DNA of 64,000 nucleotides from Lama glama (lineage: Eukaryota): positions 74,278,001 through 74,342,000 of the forward strand of contig CM052816.1 in NCBI GenBank assembly GCA_028534125.1, given 5' to 3'. The notes under the pieces are model-generated. The model saw nothing but the letters and a program-made list of their open reading frames with translations. It searched no databases and was not told where the DNA came from. This document shows, one piece after another, positions 49,430 through 63,590 of the stretch (the first letter of the stretch is position 1; every line of letters starts with the position of its first letter). The position numbers were made by a program, and so were the translations under genes.

Positions 49430-50392
49430 TTTTCTGCTCAAGGTGTGGTCCGCAGAAGGAGCGCGGGCGTCACCTGGGAGCTCGTTAGAATCGCAGCGTC
49501 CCAGGCTCCACCCCAGATGTACTGAATCCGAACCTCGTTTTAAAGTCACCGGCAGGTGATTCGTGTTCCAACTGGAGTTGGAAAGCGCTCATCAAGATTG
49601 AGTTCTGAGAGTTTGGGAACCAGCTCCTGGTAGAGGACCTGGGAATGCAGAGACAGATGCGGTGGTCCCATCCTCGGTCACCCGCTGGAACGCGGCTGAT
49701 GCGCTTGCGGCTCAGCCCAGAGCTACTGTTCCTGCGAGCAGCGGTGCCGCCTCCTGCTGGACAGCTGCCAAACTGCCCGTGTAACTCGGGGCCCCATGAA
49801 GCCAAAGTCGCCTCCTGAATAACGGGACACCTCAGGTGACTGTGGGGGGCTTAATTAAAACCATGGAAGTTGGGTGGGCCTTGGATGGAGGAGGCAATAA
49901 GGAACTGGGGCTGTTTGGGCTCCCAGCCTGTCTCCAACCTTGATGGCTTGAGAAAAGAGGGAGAGAGGTTAATCTTGCAGGGGAGGTGGAGGGGCGTCTA
50001 GGAGAACTAGCATAGAAGGCAATCGTGAAGAAACAGAAAGGAGGTTGTGGCGATTTATACTGGAAGTAATGGGACTCGGGAATCACTATATTTCCCTGAA
50101 GTGGTGGTTCTCAGCCCTAGCTGGGGCCAGAATCATCTGGGGAGATTTAAAAACACCCAGGCACCATGCTCCAAGATTCAATCATTGGTTGCTATGAGGT
50201 CTGAGCGCTAGTAGTGGCCTTTAAAACTTCACAGGTGGTTCTAATGAGCAGCCACAGTTGAGGACAAACAGCATTGCCACCATCTGGAGCTCATTAGAAA
50301 TGCAGAATCTTTAATGCCAGACCTACTGGGTCACAGTCTGCATTTTAACATCCTTAAGTGATATGTGCCCACTAAGTTTGAAAAACACTGCC
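49430..50392. mobile_element. Cluster of MER5-like hAT MITE remnants (~49430-49590, ~50100-50390)
   Basis: 'ctgctcaaggtgtggtccg...tcacctgggagctcgttagaa...' and 'catctggagctcattagaaatgcagaatct'. Confidence 0.6.
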
Positions 50393-51349
50393 CCAAAGAA
50401 AATGATCTTTAGGCAAATGGAGACTAGCTGGAGATGGGGCTAGGCGTGCCTCCCCTTAGAGGCCTCGCCTGTCTTCCCTTTTTCATTAATGATTCCTTTT
50501 AACTTCATCACCTTCCCCTCCTCTTAATACTCCTCTTCCACTGTCTTTGAACCATTTGATAGATATGCCACCTTGGTCTGTTTGTAGCCATCCCTTTCTG
50601 GTCCCCTGGCTTCTTCCTGGCATTGAATTCCGATGAGTGATATAGCAACAATTGGAGAAACCCTGTCCTTTGGTATCCACACCTACCCAGGGGAGAGGAC
50701 CTCTATGGCCGTGACACCAAGACTACATTTCTCTGTCCATGGGTCTCTGTGATTCCCTCCCACCCCAGCATAGCTGTTCTGCTCAAGTATCTCATCCTCA
50801 GCCTCAACTCAGCCGTGAGACTAGCCTGTGGCTCCCATTTCCTTCGGCTCCACCATCTGCTGCTGTTGTCTGAGCTTCTTTCTCTCTCTCCCCTCTTTCT
50901 ACATGTACATGTACACATATATATCTATATTTATTTATTTAATCCAGGATCCAATCCAGGCTTAAACATGGGATTTGATTGGCTCAAATATTTTTAATGG
51001 CTGCATAATACACCATTTTATGGATTATAAACTTAAGTTGTTTCTTAATCACAGCAAACTTTGAGGAATGTTTGTACAAGGATCTTTTCACATTTCAAAT
51101 CATTTCCTACAGTTGAAATCATTGAAATTACTGGATATGAACATTTTTTAGAGTTCCTGATACATTTTTCCAAATTGTTCTCCAGAAAGGATCTATTAGG
51201 TTATAATCTCAAAGAAAGTATGTGATAATACTTACCTCACCTCAGGCTTGGGCAGCACACAATAGTAGTAAGGTACTGACAGATTAGTTTTTCCTAATTT
51301 AATTGGCAACAAATGGTTTCTCTTATTTCTTACATGTGTACAGATGTTT

Positions 51350-51810
51350 GTATTTTTTCTTTATTGGAATACAGTTGATGTACAATACTATGTTAGTTTC
51401 AGGTAGACTGCATAGTGATTTGACACTTGCATATATTATGAAATGATCACCACAATAAGTCTAGTAACCATCTGTCCCCATACAAATTTATAACAATATT
51501 ATTTGCCATATTCCTCATGCTTGGTCCCATGGTTTGTTTATTTTATAACTGGAGGTTTATACCTCTTAATTCTTTTCACCTATTTTACTCCCCCTTTTGT
51601 CCCTTCTGGCAACCAGCTGTTTGTTCTCTGTATCTAAGAGCCTGAGTCAGTTTTTGTTTTGTGTTTTAAATTCCATATATAAGTGATCATGCAATATTTG
51701 TCTTTTGTCTTTCTCTGTCTGACTTATTTTACTTAGTGTGACACCCTGTAGATCTATCCATGTTGTTGAAAATGGCAAGATTTCATTTTTCATGGCTGAG
51801 TAAAATTCCA

Positions 51811-51883
<73 letters not shown>

Positions 51884-53200
51884 CACATCTTCTTTATCCA
51901 TTCACCTGTCAATGGACACTTAGGTTGCTTCCATACCATGGCTACTGTAAATAACACTGCAATGAACATTGGTGTGCTTTTATCTTTTGTTTTCTTCAGG
52001 TAAATATTCAGAAGTAAAATTGCTAGATCATATGGTAGTTCTATTTTTAATTTTTTGAGGAGCCTCCATACTGTTCTCCACAGTGGTTGCACTAATTTAC
52101 AAACCCACCAGCAGTGCACAAGGGTTCCCTTTTCTCCACATCCTTGCCAACACTCGTTATTTCTTGTCTCTTTGGTGATAGCCATTCTGACAGGTGTGAG
52201 GTGGTATCTCATTGTGGTTTTGATTTGCATTTCCCTGATGATGAGTGATGCTGAGCATTTATTCACGTGCTTGTTGGCCATCTATATATCTTTGGAAAAA
52301 TGTCTATTCAGGGCCTCTGCCCATTTTTAAACCAGGTTGTTTTTCTAATGTTGAATAGTATGAGTTCTTTGTATATTTTGGATATTAACTCCTTATCAGC
52401 TATATCACTTGCAAATATCTTCTCCCATTCATAGGTAGTCTTTTCATTTTGTTGACAGTTTCCTTCACTTAACAAAAGCTATTTAGTTTGATATAATTCT
52501 GTTTGTTTAATTTTGCTTTTATTTCCCTTGCCTGAGGAGACAGATCCTAAAACATACTGCCAAGGCTGATGTCAAGGAGTGTATTGCCAATAAGCTAGAG
52601 GGTGGATTCCAAACGGTGCTTGACAGCTCTGGTGTTATCACCACAGAACAAGCTCCCCCACAACGGCCGCCGCCAGCATCTCCATCCGTAGAGGGAGTCC
52701 TAGCTGTCTCCTGCCTCTCCAGGAGGCTCTTCAGGATCAGCTAAGTGGGTCTGACCTAGGCACCTTTCAAACTGCTGCCTTTGCTCTGGGACTTGAAGCA
52801 TGTGAGATTTTGTGAAAGCCCTTTAATAGGTAGTATCAGTTTCTTTAACTCTCTGGTTCTCCTGAGCGTAAGCCCTGCTGGTTTTCAAAGCCAGAATTTC
52901 TGGGGATTTGTCTTGCTGGTGCAGAGCCCCTGGGCTGGGGAGCCCAATGTGGGGCTCAGACCCCTCACTCCTTGGGGAGGACTCCTATGATTATGATTAT
53001 CCTCCCACTTGTGGGTTGCTGGCCCTTGTCTCTGCCCCTCCGACCCTTCCTACTGTGGTTCCTTCTATATGTCTTTAGTTGTGGAAAGTTTTTTCCTTAG
53101 TCTTTAGGTTGCTCTCTAAGTAGATACAATTTTGGTGTGTCCATGGGATTAGGTGAGTTCAGGGAGTCCCCACTCCACTGTCGTGGCCACCTCCCCCTTC
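51350..53200 (-). mobile_element. LINE-1 fragments with an internal (TG)n(TA)n microsatellite
   Basis: ORF2 C-terminus '[19 protein letters not shown]...[16 protein letters not shown]' in ORF 51790-52281. Confidence 0.88.
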
Positions 53201-53874
53201 TATTGCCTAAGCTTGTAATCACTGCCAGTTTGTGGGGTCTAAACTACTTTCTCCAGTTTCCTCTGTTTTCTAAATTTTTAGGTTAAAAAATCTTTTATTA
53301 TTTCATTCTTAGTACACCATTCTAAAAAATGAGCCACGATAGACGATGTCATGAGCATTCAGCATGTTCTTTCTGGTCTTCAAGACAACACCATGGAGTC
53401 CTGGTGTTTCTTGTCTGGCTCTTCAACTAAACTGAGAGTATAAGGAGGATGGGAAGCAGCCCTCGTTCATGTTTTGGGTGCCCAGCACAAAGCAGACTCT
53501 CTATGTCTGTTAATTGAATTTGACTATGTTTACTGTGCAAAATTAGTCCATCAAACATAGAAAAATGATGTGATCAAACTATATGCTAGATGGAGGAAAA
53601 CTACATTTATTTCCATCAATGTTTCTGAAAACAGAGGATCAGAAATTAACTATGGGTATAAAAATTAAAATAATTTCATGGTACATTTAATTTAAAAAGT
53701 CAAAATTATCCTTTCTCAGCAAGGACACACTAAACTCTTTAACAGCCACTTTTTTTTATTTTGGCATTTATTCTTCACTGTTGAAGTTTCTACCTTAAGA
53801 AATAACACTAGAAACTTACTGAGGACTTTCTTTGTAGTAGGCATTTTGGGGAGAACTTTACCAATTGCAGGCAC

Positions 53875-55237
53875 AGATGGTCTCTGACTTACGATTGTCT
53901 GACACAAATTTGCAACTTTATGGTGATGCCATACACGTTCATTAGAAACCACACTTTGTTTTATTTAGTTATTTCTTAATTGAAGTATAGTCAGTTTACA
54001 ATATTGTGTCCATTTCTGGTGTGGAGCATAATAGTTCAGTTATACATATAAAAACATATATTCATTTTCATAGTCTTTTTCATTATAGGTTACTACAAGA
54101 TATTGAACATAGTTTCCTGTGCTACACAGTATAAACTTGTTATCTATCTGTTTTATATACTGCAAATACTGAACTCCCAAACCACAAGCTTGTTTTCTAT
54201 GTCTGTGAGTCTGTTTCTGTTTTGTAAATAAGCTCATTTGTGTCTCTTTTTAAAATTTCAGGAAGGATATCATATTGTATTTTTCTTTCTCTTTCTGGCT
54301 TTCTTCACTTAGAATAACAACCTCCAGGTCCATTTATGTTGCAGCAAATGGCATTATTTTATTCTTTTTTTATGGCCGAATAGTATTCATTGTATAAATA
54401 TACCACAACTTCTTTATCCAGTCATCTGTTGATAGACATTTCTGTTGCTTCCAAATCTTCGCTATTGCAAATGGTGCTTCTGTGAACATTTGGGTGCATG
54501 TATCTTTTCGAATTAGAGTTCCCTCCAGAATATATGCCCAGGAGTGGGATTGCTGGATCATATAGTAAGTCTATTTTTAGTTTTTTGAGGAATCTCCGTA
54601 CTGTTTTCCCTAATGGTTGCATCAAAATACATTCCCACCAACAGTGTAGGAGGGTTTCCTTTTCCCCACATCTTCTCCAGCATTTATCATTTATGGACTT
54701 TTGAATGATGGCCATTCTGACTGGCGTGAGGAGATACCTCATTGTAGTTTTGATTTGCATTTCTCTAATAATTAGTGATGTTGAGAATTATTTCATGTGC
54801 CCATTGGCCATTTGTATGTCTTCACTGGAGAATTGCTTGAGAAATCACACTCTGAATTTTGGTATTTTCCTGGACTAGTGATATGCCACTGCTGGGCAGT
54901 GGCAGCTCCAGCTCCAGCGCATGTGATCATGGGGATAAACAACTGATACACTTACAACCATCCTGAACCCCTACAACCATTCTGTTTTTCACTTTCAGTG
55001 AAGCAGGCAATACATTGCACAAGTTGTTGAACATTTTATTCTAAAATAGGCTTTGTGTTAGATGATTTTGCCCAACTGTAGGTCAGTGTAAGTGTTCTGA
55101 GCACATTTAAGGTAGGCTAGGCTAGGCTATGATGTTTGGTAGATGAGATGCATTAAATGCATTTTTGACTTACAGTATTTTCAACTTACAATGGGTTATT
55201 AGGATATAACCCCATTATAAGTTGAGGAAGATCTGTG
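53875..55237. mobile_element. Tigger3-like DNA transposon interrupted by an L1
   Basis: Ends 'cagatggtctctgacttacga' and 'taagttgaggaagatctg' form degenerate TIRs. Confidence 0.7.
53958..54838 (-). mobile_element. LINE-1 3' end
   Basis: ORF 54422-54760 '[19 protein letters not shown]...[11 protein letters not shown]'. Confidence 0.9.
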
Positions 55238-57119
55238 CTCATACTGTTCTCGCTTTGCAGGTGAAAAATCTATTGACACAAAGTAAGTGTTGGGACTCAT
55301 ATCTGCACCCAGATAGTTCAAATCCCAGAACTCGGGATCTTGTAATTTTGCTCATTTGCACTTAAAAAAAATCTATGTCCTTTTATTGGGATGTTCAAAA
55401 GTAGAATATGAAAATAGGTAGATGTAAGTTGATCATAGACAGAGAGGGATTAGTGTTTTTTCACCAGCCTGTCCTCTCCACTGCCCAGCCCAGACACCAG
55501 GTTGCAGCCTCTTCCTAGCATAAGGCTGCTTGGAGATCTGAATTCTACTCCTGCCCCACTCACTAGTACTGTGAACTAAACTTCCCGCAAAAATCAGACA
55601 ATTCCTACCTGGAAGAGATGACGATGAGTAGATACCATGAACATTCTAGAGCAGACTTTCCCTGATGGTTAGAAGCTGTGAATAACTGCTCCCAAATGAT
55701 CTTTCTATATCAGGTCCTCTCCTGAAGTTTTTCCAACTCTGCTTCTCCTCCAGCCCATACTACATTCAATTCAACTTTGAAAAGTATCATCTAAGATAGT
55801 CTAATTTCCCACTATTCTGCCCCCCCCTTTTTTTTTGGATTTCTGATACCCTAAGAGGCCTGGAACAAACTTCACTTATCACTTAGCTCAGACACACTGC
55901 TTCTTCAGGTCTAGAGATGAAGCTATGACACAGCCATGCTTTTCCTGTAGGAATCAGGCTTGGAATTCTGCAGTTGAGGAGGCAGAGCTTCAGGTGTCAT
56001 GAGCCCTATTCCAGGAATCTTTCAGGCCAGTTGGCACTACCTTATTACCCCCTTTCAACCACAGCTCTGAATGCTACTTGGACTTACTCCACTGTCTTTG
56101 AGGGTTGTCAGAATGGGTGTTGGCATTGATCTTCAGTGACATTGATTTAAAATGCCAGAATTGATGGAATCTAGGGGAAAATTGGAACATTCCATTATGG
56201 AAACATTGTTACTAGTTGCAATTCCTGGAGTTGCTTTCATAGGGAAAACCAAAAGCAGAAAATTAAAAATAAAAATGTGGATTACACTGTCCAAGTCTTG
56301 TCTCCATTACACTTTATATACCTGAAGAACACTCATTTAAAACTCTCCATTTTTACTTGTTCTTTTCCTCTAGATCAGTTTGCCTAGTGATAGACAAATC
56401 ACTAAACAGTGAATCTTCTAAATAGGTTGCTGGAAGCCAATGTACCATTTTTACTTCTTCCAATCCTTTCGTTTACTGAGCAGTTTTCACTGACAGTTCT
56501 TATCAACATTTTAAAGAATGCTGTATTTGTGTCTGTCTCAACTGTTTTTCTGCTGCTGCCAGTAAATTTGAAATAAAAAATTCCTAGGAAAAGAAAAGAT
56601 CAAGCCTGACCCTTTACATAATGTTAAATGCTGATGGTACAAAATGCAGAGAATGAGCTTAATTTTGTAAATATATGTATTACATGCATTTCCACAAATA
56701 CACATATATATGAGAAAAATAAGTGAAAATGTTAACAGTGGTACCTGTTGAAATTATAGGTGGTTTATTTTTATTCTGTTTTCATTTTCCATGTTCTTCA
56801 TGAGTGCATACTATTTCTGTAATATTAAAAAGGGTTACCACAGGGATTAATTCATATGCATTAAATATATAACAAATAACTTTAGGAAATAGACCTGCAA
56901 ATTCCAACTGTGCCTCTCACCAGCTGTTGATTTTGGGTAAATTAAAACGATCCAACGTCTCCTAGCAGGCTTTCTCACTTGATACACGTGTATGATGCAT
57001 TTCTTCCTAGTGAGGCTAAAATGATACCACATGGAGGGACTTGCGTACATTCAGTAGTGATTCTTTGCTACCGAGAGAAACCAGCTGAGTCCAACCCTTA
57101 ATCCAAGGTGGTGTTGATA

Positions 57120-57144
57120 TACAGGCGCCTCCCGCGGGGCTCCC

Positions 57145-57198
<54 letters not shown>

Positions 57199-58120
57199 GG
57201 CGCAGGCGCGGGCCTGGCCAGGGCTCCGGCGTCTTCTCCCCGGGACCGAGCCGCCGCTTCCTTTCGCCTCCGCACCTCGGTTGTTGGGTGACATCCTCTC
57301 CCCTCTGGCCTCGGAAGGATGAAGTTCCATCTCTTCCCCAGGCTCCGCGAGTTCTCTGTGGGTACAGTGGGGAGACGGGGGTCGTAGCGGGTGACTAGGA
57401 ACCAGATGGCGACCTCCATTCTTCCAGGTAGGCTTGGGGGTTGGCTCGCAAGGCGGGGGTGGAGGGCACAGGGTGGGCGGCCCGAAACCACAGCAGGAAG
57501 CCTCGGGGTTGGGGTGAGGGGCGACGCTAATAGGTCTAAGAAGGGCCCAGGAAGTTCCTTCATTCTCAAAGGGCTCCAGCCAAGAGCACCTGGAACCGGC
57601 GGGTGGCAGAGCCACGTCCAGGATCGGGGGGTGGGGGGGCTGGGGCAAGGCGAGCGGGCAGTGGAGCCGGCTAGGTCCCCGCCGCCTGGTCCCAGCGCGC
57701 TCAGGACCCCAGCGCAGCCCCTTCCTCTGGTTTTTCCCGCTCCTCGTCCGCCCCCACTTCCTCCCATTCCTTTCATCACCACCCAGATGCCTGCAGCCGC
57801 CAGCCTCTCCTCCCCAGGGGCCCACAGAAGCGACAGCAGCGCCGCAGGAGTGAGGGAGGGGGCCCGCTTTTTTGCGGCAGCCCGGGGTCTGCGCTGGCCC
57901 TGGATGCAAGGGTGGGCTCCGCGCTAGCCGTTTCCCCCAAATCGCCGCGGATTTGCGGCCACACGGGGCCACCTAGTGGACAGCGAGTGTCAGAGCACGA
58001 GGAGGCCTGAGGGAGGGTGACCCGGGTGAATCCGAGGCACACCAGGCTTTCCGAGAAAGGGGCAGCTTCTCGCGCGCGCAGCTTCCGGCCCGAAGTAAAT
58101 CTCTGCGGGAGCTTGGGATA
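57120..58120. promoter_or_regulatory. CpG island / probable promoter
   Basis: ~1 kb GC- and CpG-rich; candidate splice donor CAG|GTAGGC ~57427; CTCF-like GGCCACCTAGTGGA at 57967. Confidence 0.8.
57144..57213. repeat. (GGCGCG)n hexamer repeat, ~11 units
   Basis: Seen directly; two GGCGCA variants near the 3' end. Confidence 0.95.
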
Positions 58121-59124
58121 TTTACCTTCTTCCTTCCCCACTGTCTCCTTTATTCTCTTCCAATGAGCATGTTCCTTTCTCGGATCGCTCTCCTTGGCAT
58201 TTTCCATCCTCCCTGGAAAAGGATGCTGCGGGAAAGGAACATTCAGGTTGTTTAACATTCATAAGTTGGAGTCTGAGGAAAGTTCACCTTGAAGCTATTG
58301 AGACTTGAGCCTTCAGGCAGTGTAAAATTTGCAAAATTTTCTTTTTTAAAAGATACCCCTCGACCCCCACCAACTTATATAAACCTGCTCCACAAAACCT
58401 TGATGCGCCCTTGGCTGGAGTCGTTGGAGGTAAGAGTGTGTTGGGAGATTTTAAAAGATGCACGTGTAATAGAGATGCTGGAGAGCGAGAAGGAACTGCA
58501 GTGTCCTGATGGGGAAGGGGGTCACTTTAGACTAAACGCAAAGCTCAAGATGACCCAGAGAAGCCCGTGTGCCGCCGGCTTTCCTTTCTCTCTCGACTGT
58601 TTCAGGTCCTCCCTTGTGCTTGTAATTAACAATACTGATTTATACTTAAAAATTTTGCTAAGTGAAATCTTACCTTAAGTGTACTTGTCAAGGGAACTTT
58701 TGGAGGTGATAGATATATTTGTGACATAGATTGTGGTTTTTACTAATGTATACCTGTCTCCAAACTGATCAAGTTGCTTACATTAAATAGGTATGCTTTT
58801 TGTATGTCATTCATACCTCAATAAAATGGATTCTAGAAAAGCTACATCACTGGTCTAATAACTCTTCCTGTATCAACCATTTAAAATGTAGTTATATTGG
58901 CAGAAGTGAAAATTCAGAGACCGTGTTAGTAAAACTTTTTTAGAAACTTTACTAAAGGACTTCAATTTTTCTCGGACAAATTGCATCCAATCTTAATGTA
59001 AGGACCTAGAATTCTAGCCCCAGGCAGCATCTTTTGGGAGGAGGGCAGGAGAGAGAATTATCTCCACAAGTACTAGTTTAGCAGTCTTACCTGTATTCAT
59101 GTGTCATGAGTTGTGACACCCCAT

Positions 59125-59572
59125 GTGGCAAGCAGATTAATGTCTCCACAAAGATGTCCATGTCCTAGAGCCCGTGAATGTTACTTTACATGGCAAAAAG
59201 AGACTTTGTAGGTATGATTACATTAAAGATCCCGAGACTAGAAGATTATCCTGGATTATCTGGGAGGCCCAGTGTAATCACAAGGGTCCTTGTAAGAGGA
59301 AGTCAAGAGGATCAGAGAGATTTGAAGATGCTGTGCTGCTGGCCTTGAAGTTGAAGGAAGTGGTGGTGAGCTAAAGGATGCAGGTGACCTCTAGAAACTG
59401 GAAAAGGCAAGGAGATGGATTCTCCCCTAGAGCATCCAGGAGGGACACAGCCCTGTAGACACCTTGATTTAAGACTTCTGGCCTCTAGAACTGTAAGATA
59501 ATAAATTCATGTTGTTTTTAAATCATGAAATTTATGGTATTTGGTCACAGCAGCAATAGGAAACTAATCTAC
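59125..59572 (+). mobile_element. MLT1-type MaLR LTR
   Basis: 'tgtggcaagcagattaatg...gtgaatgttactttacatggcaaaaagagactttg...cagcagcaataggaaactaat'. Confidence 0.82.
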
Positions 59573-62500
59573 CCTGGTCTGTTCCTTAACTTCCTCTTCT
59601 CCCATAACTGTGTATCAGTCACACCCTTGGCTGTTTCTTTCGCTCTCAACAGCTTCAACTCGTCCATACTCTTACTTTCCAAACTTCCACCCTCTGGCCA
59701 TCTCCTTCTGTTTTTTCAGCTAATTTTCTCAAGTACCTGAACTCCTACAGTTGTGAAACCCCCCCCCCCCAAAGCCTTTAATTCCTTTTTACTTTTTCCC
59801 TCATGTCTTTACCCAGCTTAAAATTTATGTTTAATTTTTTTTTTTTTTGCCAGGGAGGGGTAATTGTACAAGCTCTGGTGATTATGAGGGAAGAAAGGGA
59901 AGACAGTAAACAACAGTGAAATGTTCTCATGCTGCCTCTGCCTTCATCACGAGCCAGGAAGACACAGCAGATGACTGAGCAGCCTGGGGGACTTGGCTTA
60001 GGACTTCTCCAGCTGGAGATGGTCTGCTGAAGAATGAATGAACAGGTAGTTTATTTGCCTGATGTCTCCATTCACTGGTCAGATTTTCCCTTACAGGGAG
60101 CTAACTCTCTTGCACTTTGGGTGGTTTCATACGAGTCCAGGCTTTGTGGGATATGAGATCCCATACTTGGTGGGCCGGTGTTTCATCCAAGACACAAAGC
60201 AGCAGGCTAACCAAGAAAGATAAAAGAAAGTAGTTGACAGTATCTAAGAAGATGCATAATTCTGTGTCTAAAACTGTTTATCCCTTTCCCCTCTCAGATC
60301 CACTCACATCTTCCCAATATATCCAACTCCCAAACCACAATTTGGGGCTTCCCTTTTATTCCATTAGGACAAAACTGTCCTCACTCTTTACCTGTCAGGA
60401 GAGGCTCAGGTCCAACCATCCACAGATTCTTCTTCAAGGCAGTCAGCTAATCATGATCTCCTAGACTAAGAAGACAAGAGTTAAAACAAGTGACACCTCT
60501 GTGGCTGGTTTTGAGGCATACAATTCCTTGATGTGGCCATCAGGTGGAGCCATTGGACCAGACTGGATTCCTCATGTCCTGAGTAAGAATGGTGGCTACA
60601 TAGCAGGAGTTAAGTTACGAGATCATCCGTACATGAAAACGTTGGAAAATGTTTCCAGTCAAAAGTGTACTAGTTAGTAAAGTGCTATTAAGTATCTACT
60701 TTCAAAATCTTTAGGTTTTATGGTGGGGTGGGACAGGGACAAAATAGATTTTTATTGAGTACACATGATTTCATATCATTTCACCAACGCTTACAAGATT
60801 ACGTGTCCTTCCCTGTGCTGGTCCTTGAGCCACAAGGACAAGTAAGACACCAAGGCACTCAGAAGCCCACAGGGAAGAGAACCCACGCAAAGGTATTACA
60901 GTGTAGCGTGCTAAGTGTAAGGTGAAGATTTTAAATAGATCTTGGGGAAGATGGAGAAGGACCCAGCTTTAGGGTGAACACTCAGGGAAGATTCTCAGAG
61001 CAGATGACATTTGAATTGTCATTTACTTAAGGAGAACAGCATAGGAATGGCACAAAGGGCCAGAACAACATGGATGGGTAGGTGACCTCCTGTGGAAAGG
61101 GCATCATTTGAGGGAGCATAAGGACCCAGGCCAGGAATGGCAGAGGACAAGATGAGGATGGAGGCCAGAGTCCAGTCCCGAAGCACCTGTGTGCTGTGTT
61201 AAGGGGCCACGCCCACAGTGTTAGCAGGGAGGAAAGCTGGCTGCCAGCTTGCACACTGTCCTTGTAGAAAGGGTCTTTGAAGGCACAGGCTCTCTCCCAT
61301 TTGTTGTCAAAACACACTGCCCTCTCTGTCTTTTGATCACTTTTATTAGAAATGGAAACCCAGAGCAATATTTCTTCCCTCATTCATAGGCTCTAAAAAA
61401 CTGTATGAGAGTGATGCCAGAAAGCAACTGATACCTGGCTCTGGAGCCAGGCGGGGAACAGGCACTAACGGGGAAGGGCCGACTGGAAGCCCCTGCTCTG
61501 CCTGAAAACACAGTTCTTTGGGAAATTGTTGTCATGAGATCACTCAACATGAGTATTCTTAGACCCTTTCATTTCTTTGCAGAAAGACAGAATATTCAGG
61601 GAGTCTTCAATTTGTGATGCCTTTCTTAAGTTAATAGGAACCACTGAAATATTTTAAGCAGAGGGGGAATGTGGTCAGATTCACATCAAAAAAAATTACG
61701 GTGGCGTTTCTAAGGAGGGTGGATTGGAAGAGGCCAAAGGAGAAGCATGGAAAATTGTTAGGGGCTTATTGAATTAGTCTCGGTGACGAATCTACACAGA
61801 CTTGAATTTGGACAACAGTGACGGGAGTCGAGAAGCAGCCACAGGCATATATAGCACATAACGGTCAGGCCGTGGTGATGATGTACTTGGTTTTATATCT
61901 ACTGTCTTACTGTTTGCTTTCTGTTTGGCCCATAGGTTTTATGTTCCATTTCTCTTCATTTCTTACCTTCTTTTGGAATATCCAAATATTTTTATTCTTC
62001 CACTATTTTCTTCTATTGACTCATTGGTTATACACTATTTTACAGTATATTATATATTGGTTATTACATGCATTATTTATATATGTATTTTTAGTGATTA
62101 CACGAGGGATAAAAACATTCAAAATGGACTTATTTAGTTGGATAGGTATTATTGATTTTACTGTTTTCCATTTTTCTATTAACATCAGTATCTGGATCAT
62201 CTGTGGGTTTAGTTCCTATCTGGTTTTTTCCACTTTATTACGGATATTTTCTTGACTTACTACATATCAACTGATTGTGTGCCAAGTAGCGTGAAAAAAA
62301 GGTAGGGAGAGGTTGTCCTGTCTTAGGCAGAGGGAATGAGGGCCTGTCAGGGTCTGAGGAAAGTTGAATCTGGGTTGCAGTCTGTCTCTGCCCCGTTCTG
62401 TCCCTTTCACTTAGAGCCAGGCTGGTCTCCATCTGCAGTCCTGAAGACTGAAGGAGATCCAGTTCTGTTCTTTGGAAGTTCGCACCCCAGCTCCAGAGCC

Positions 62501-63391
62501 TCCTGCTCAGATGTCCGAGGGAGAGAGTGGCCGTGGGCTTGAGACGATCTTCCCTGCTTGTGGGTCTTGATCGCTGATTGGTATGAATCACTCCTGTCTC
62601 ACTCCCAGCCTCTCCTGCAGCCCCGGGACTGAGTAAGAAAAGGCTCTGTATTTGAGGCACATCAAGTTTTCCATTTGTCATTTTAGTCCTCTTGTTTCTC
62701 CAACAAGGACCTACTGTTTAGCATAGGGAACTATATTTAGCATCTTGTAATAATCTATAATGGAAAAGAATCTGAAAAAGAATATACATATATAACTGAA
62801 TCACTTTGCTGTACACTTGAAACATACAACAGTGTAAATCAACCGTACTTTAATACGAAATGTGAAATATTTCACATGGGTTAAAAAAATTTCCCTGGAC
62901 TTCACATCACCCCCTTAAGTTTTCCATTTCTCCTGTAATTCATAACCGGCTTTTTGAAAGAATTGCCTACATTTGCCGTCTTTTCCTGGTCAAATTTCTA
63001 GCCATTGCAGCCTGGCTTTTACCCCTTCCCACGCCTCAGAAAGTTCTCTGTCCAGAATCACCAGCATCTTCTCCTAGTCCCTCTATCAGTGCATCCTTTT
63101 CAGTCGTCTCGCTTGACTTCCCAGCAGCATTGGGATGACTGAGCACTCCTTCCCCTGAAGTGTCGTCTTTCCCTACCGTCTGTGACGTCACATTCTTGTG
63201 CTTCCTGCCCCACTAGCTAGTCCTTGTCATTTACTGGCTTCGGGTTTCTGGGTCTGCTTCTTGACATTCTGGCGTTCTTCAGGAAAATGTCTTCCATTCT
63301 TTTTATCCCTCACGGTAGCAGAGTAACACTTTAATTTACTAATTTTTGTCCTTTTTACTCTGTACATTTACTGCTGTCTAATCTGGACCAA

Positions 63392-63590
63392 TGCTGTCTA
63401 GTAGAACTTTCTGAGATGGTGGAGACACTCTGTTTGTCCCGTGCAGTATGGTAGCCACCAGCCACATGTGGATAGTGAGCACTTGAAGTGTAGGTAGTGT
63501 GAGAGAAAAACTAAGTTGTAAATTCTATTTAACTTTAAGTCAGATTTAAATAGCCACGTGTGGCTAGTGTTTGCTGTATTGGGAAGCCCA
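63392..63590. mobile_element. MER3-like hAT MITE
   Basis: 'tgctgtctagtagaactttctgagatg...gtagccaccagccacatgtgg...tagccacgtgtggctagtg'. Confidence 0.7.

Noticed and set aside
57016..57972. Long ORFs with (AR)n, (AP)n or (GR)n tracts
   Set aside because: Stop-poor CpG island plus translation of the GGCGCG repeat; no recognisable domain
61818..62255. Hydrophobic 145-aa ORF
   Set aside because: AT-rich degenerate repeat-like sequence with a non-ATG start
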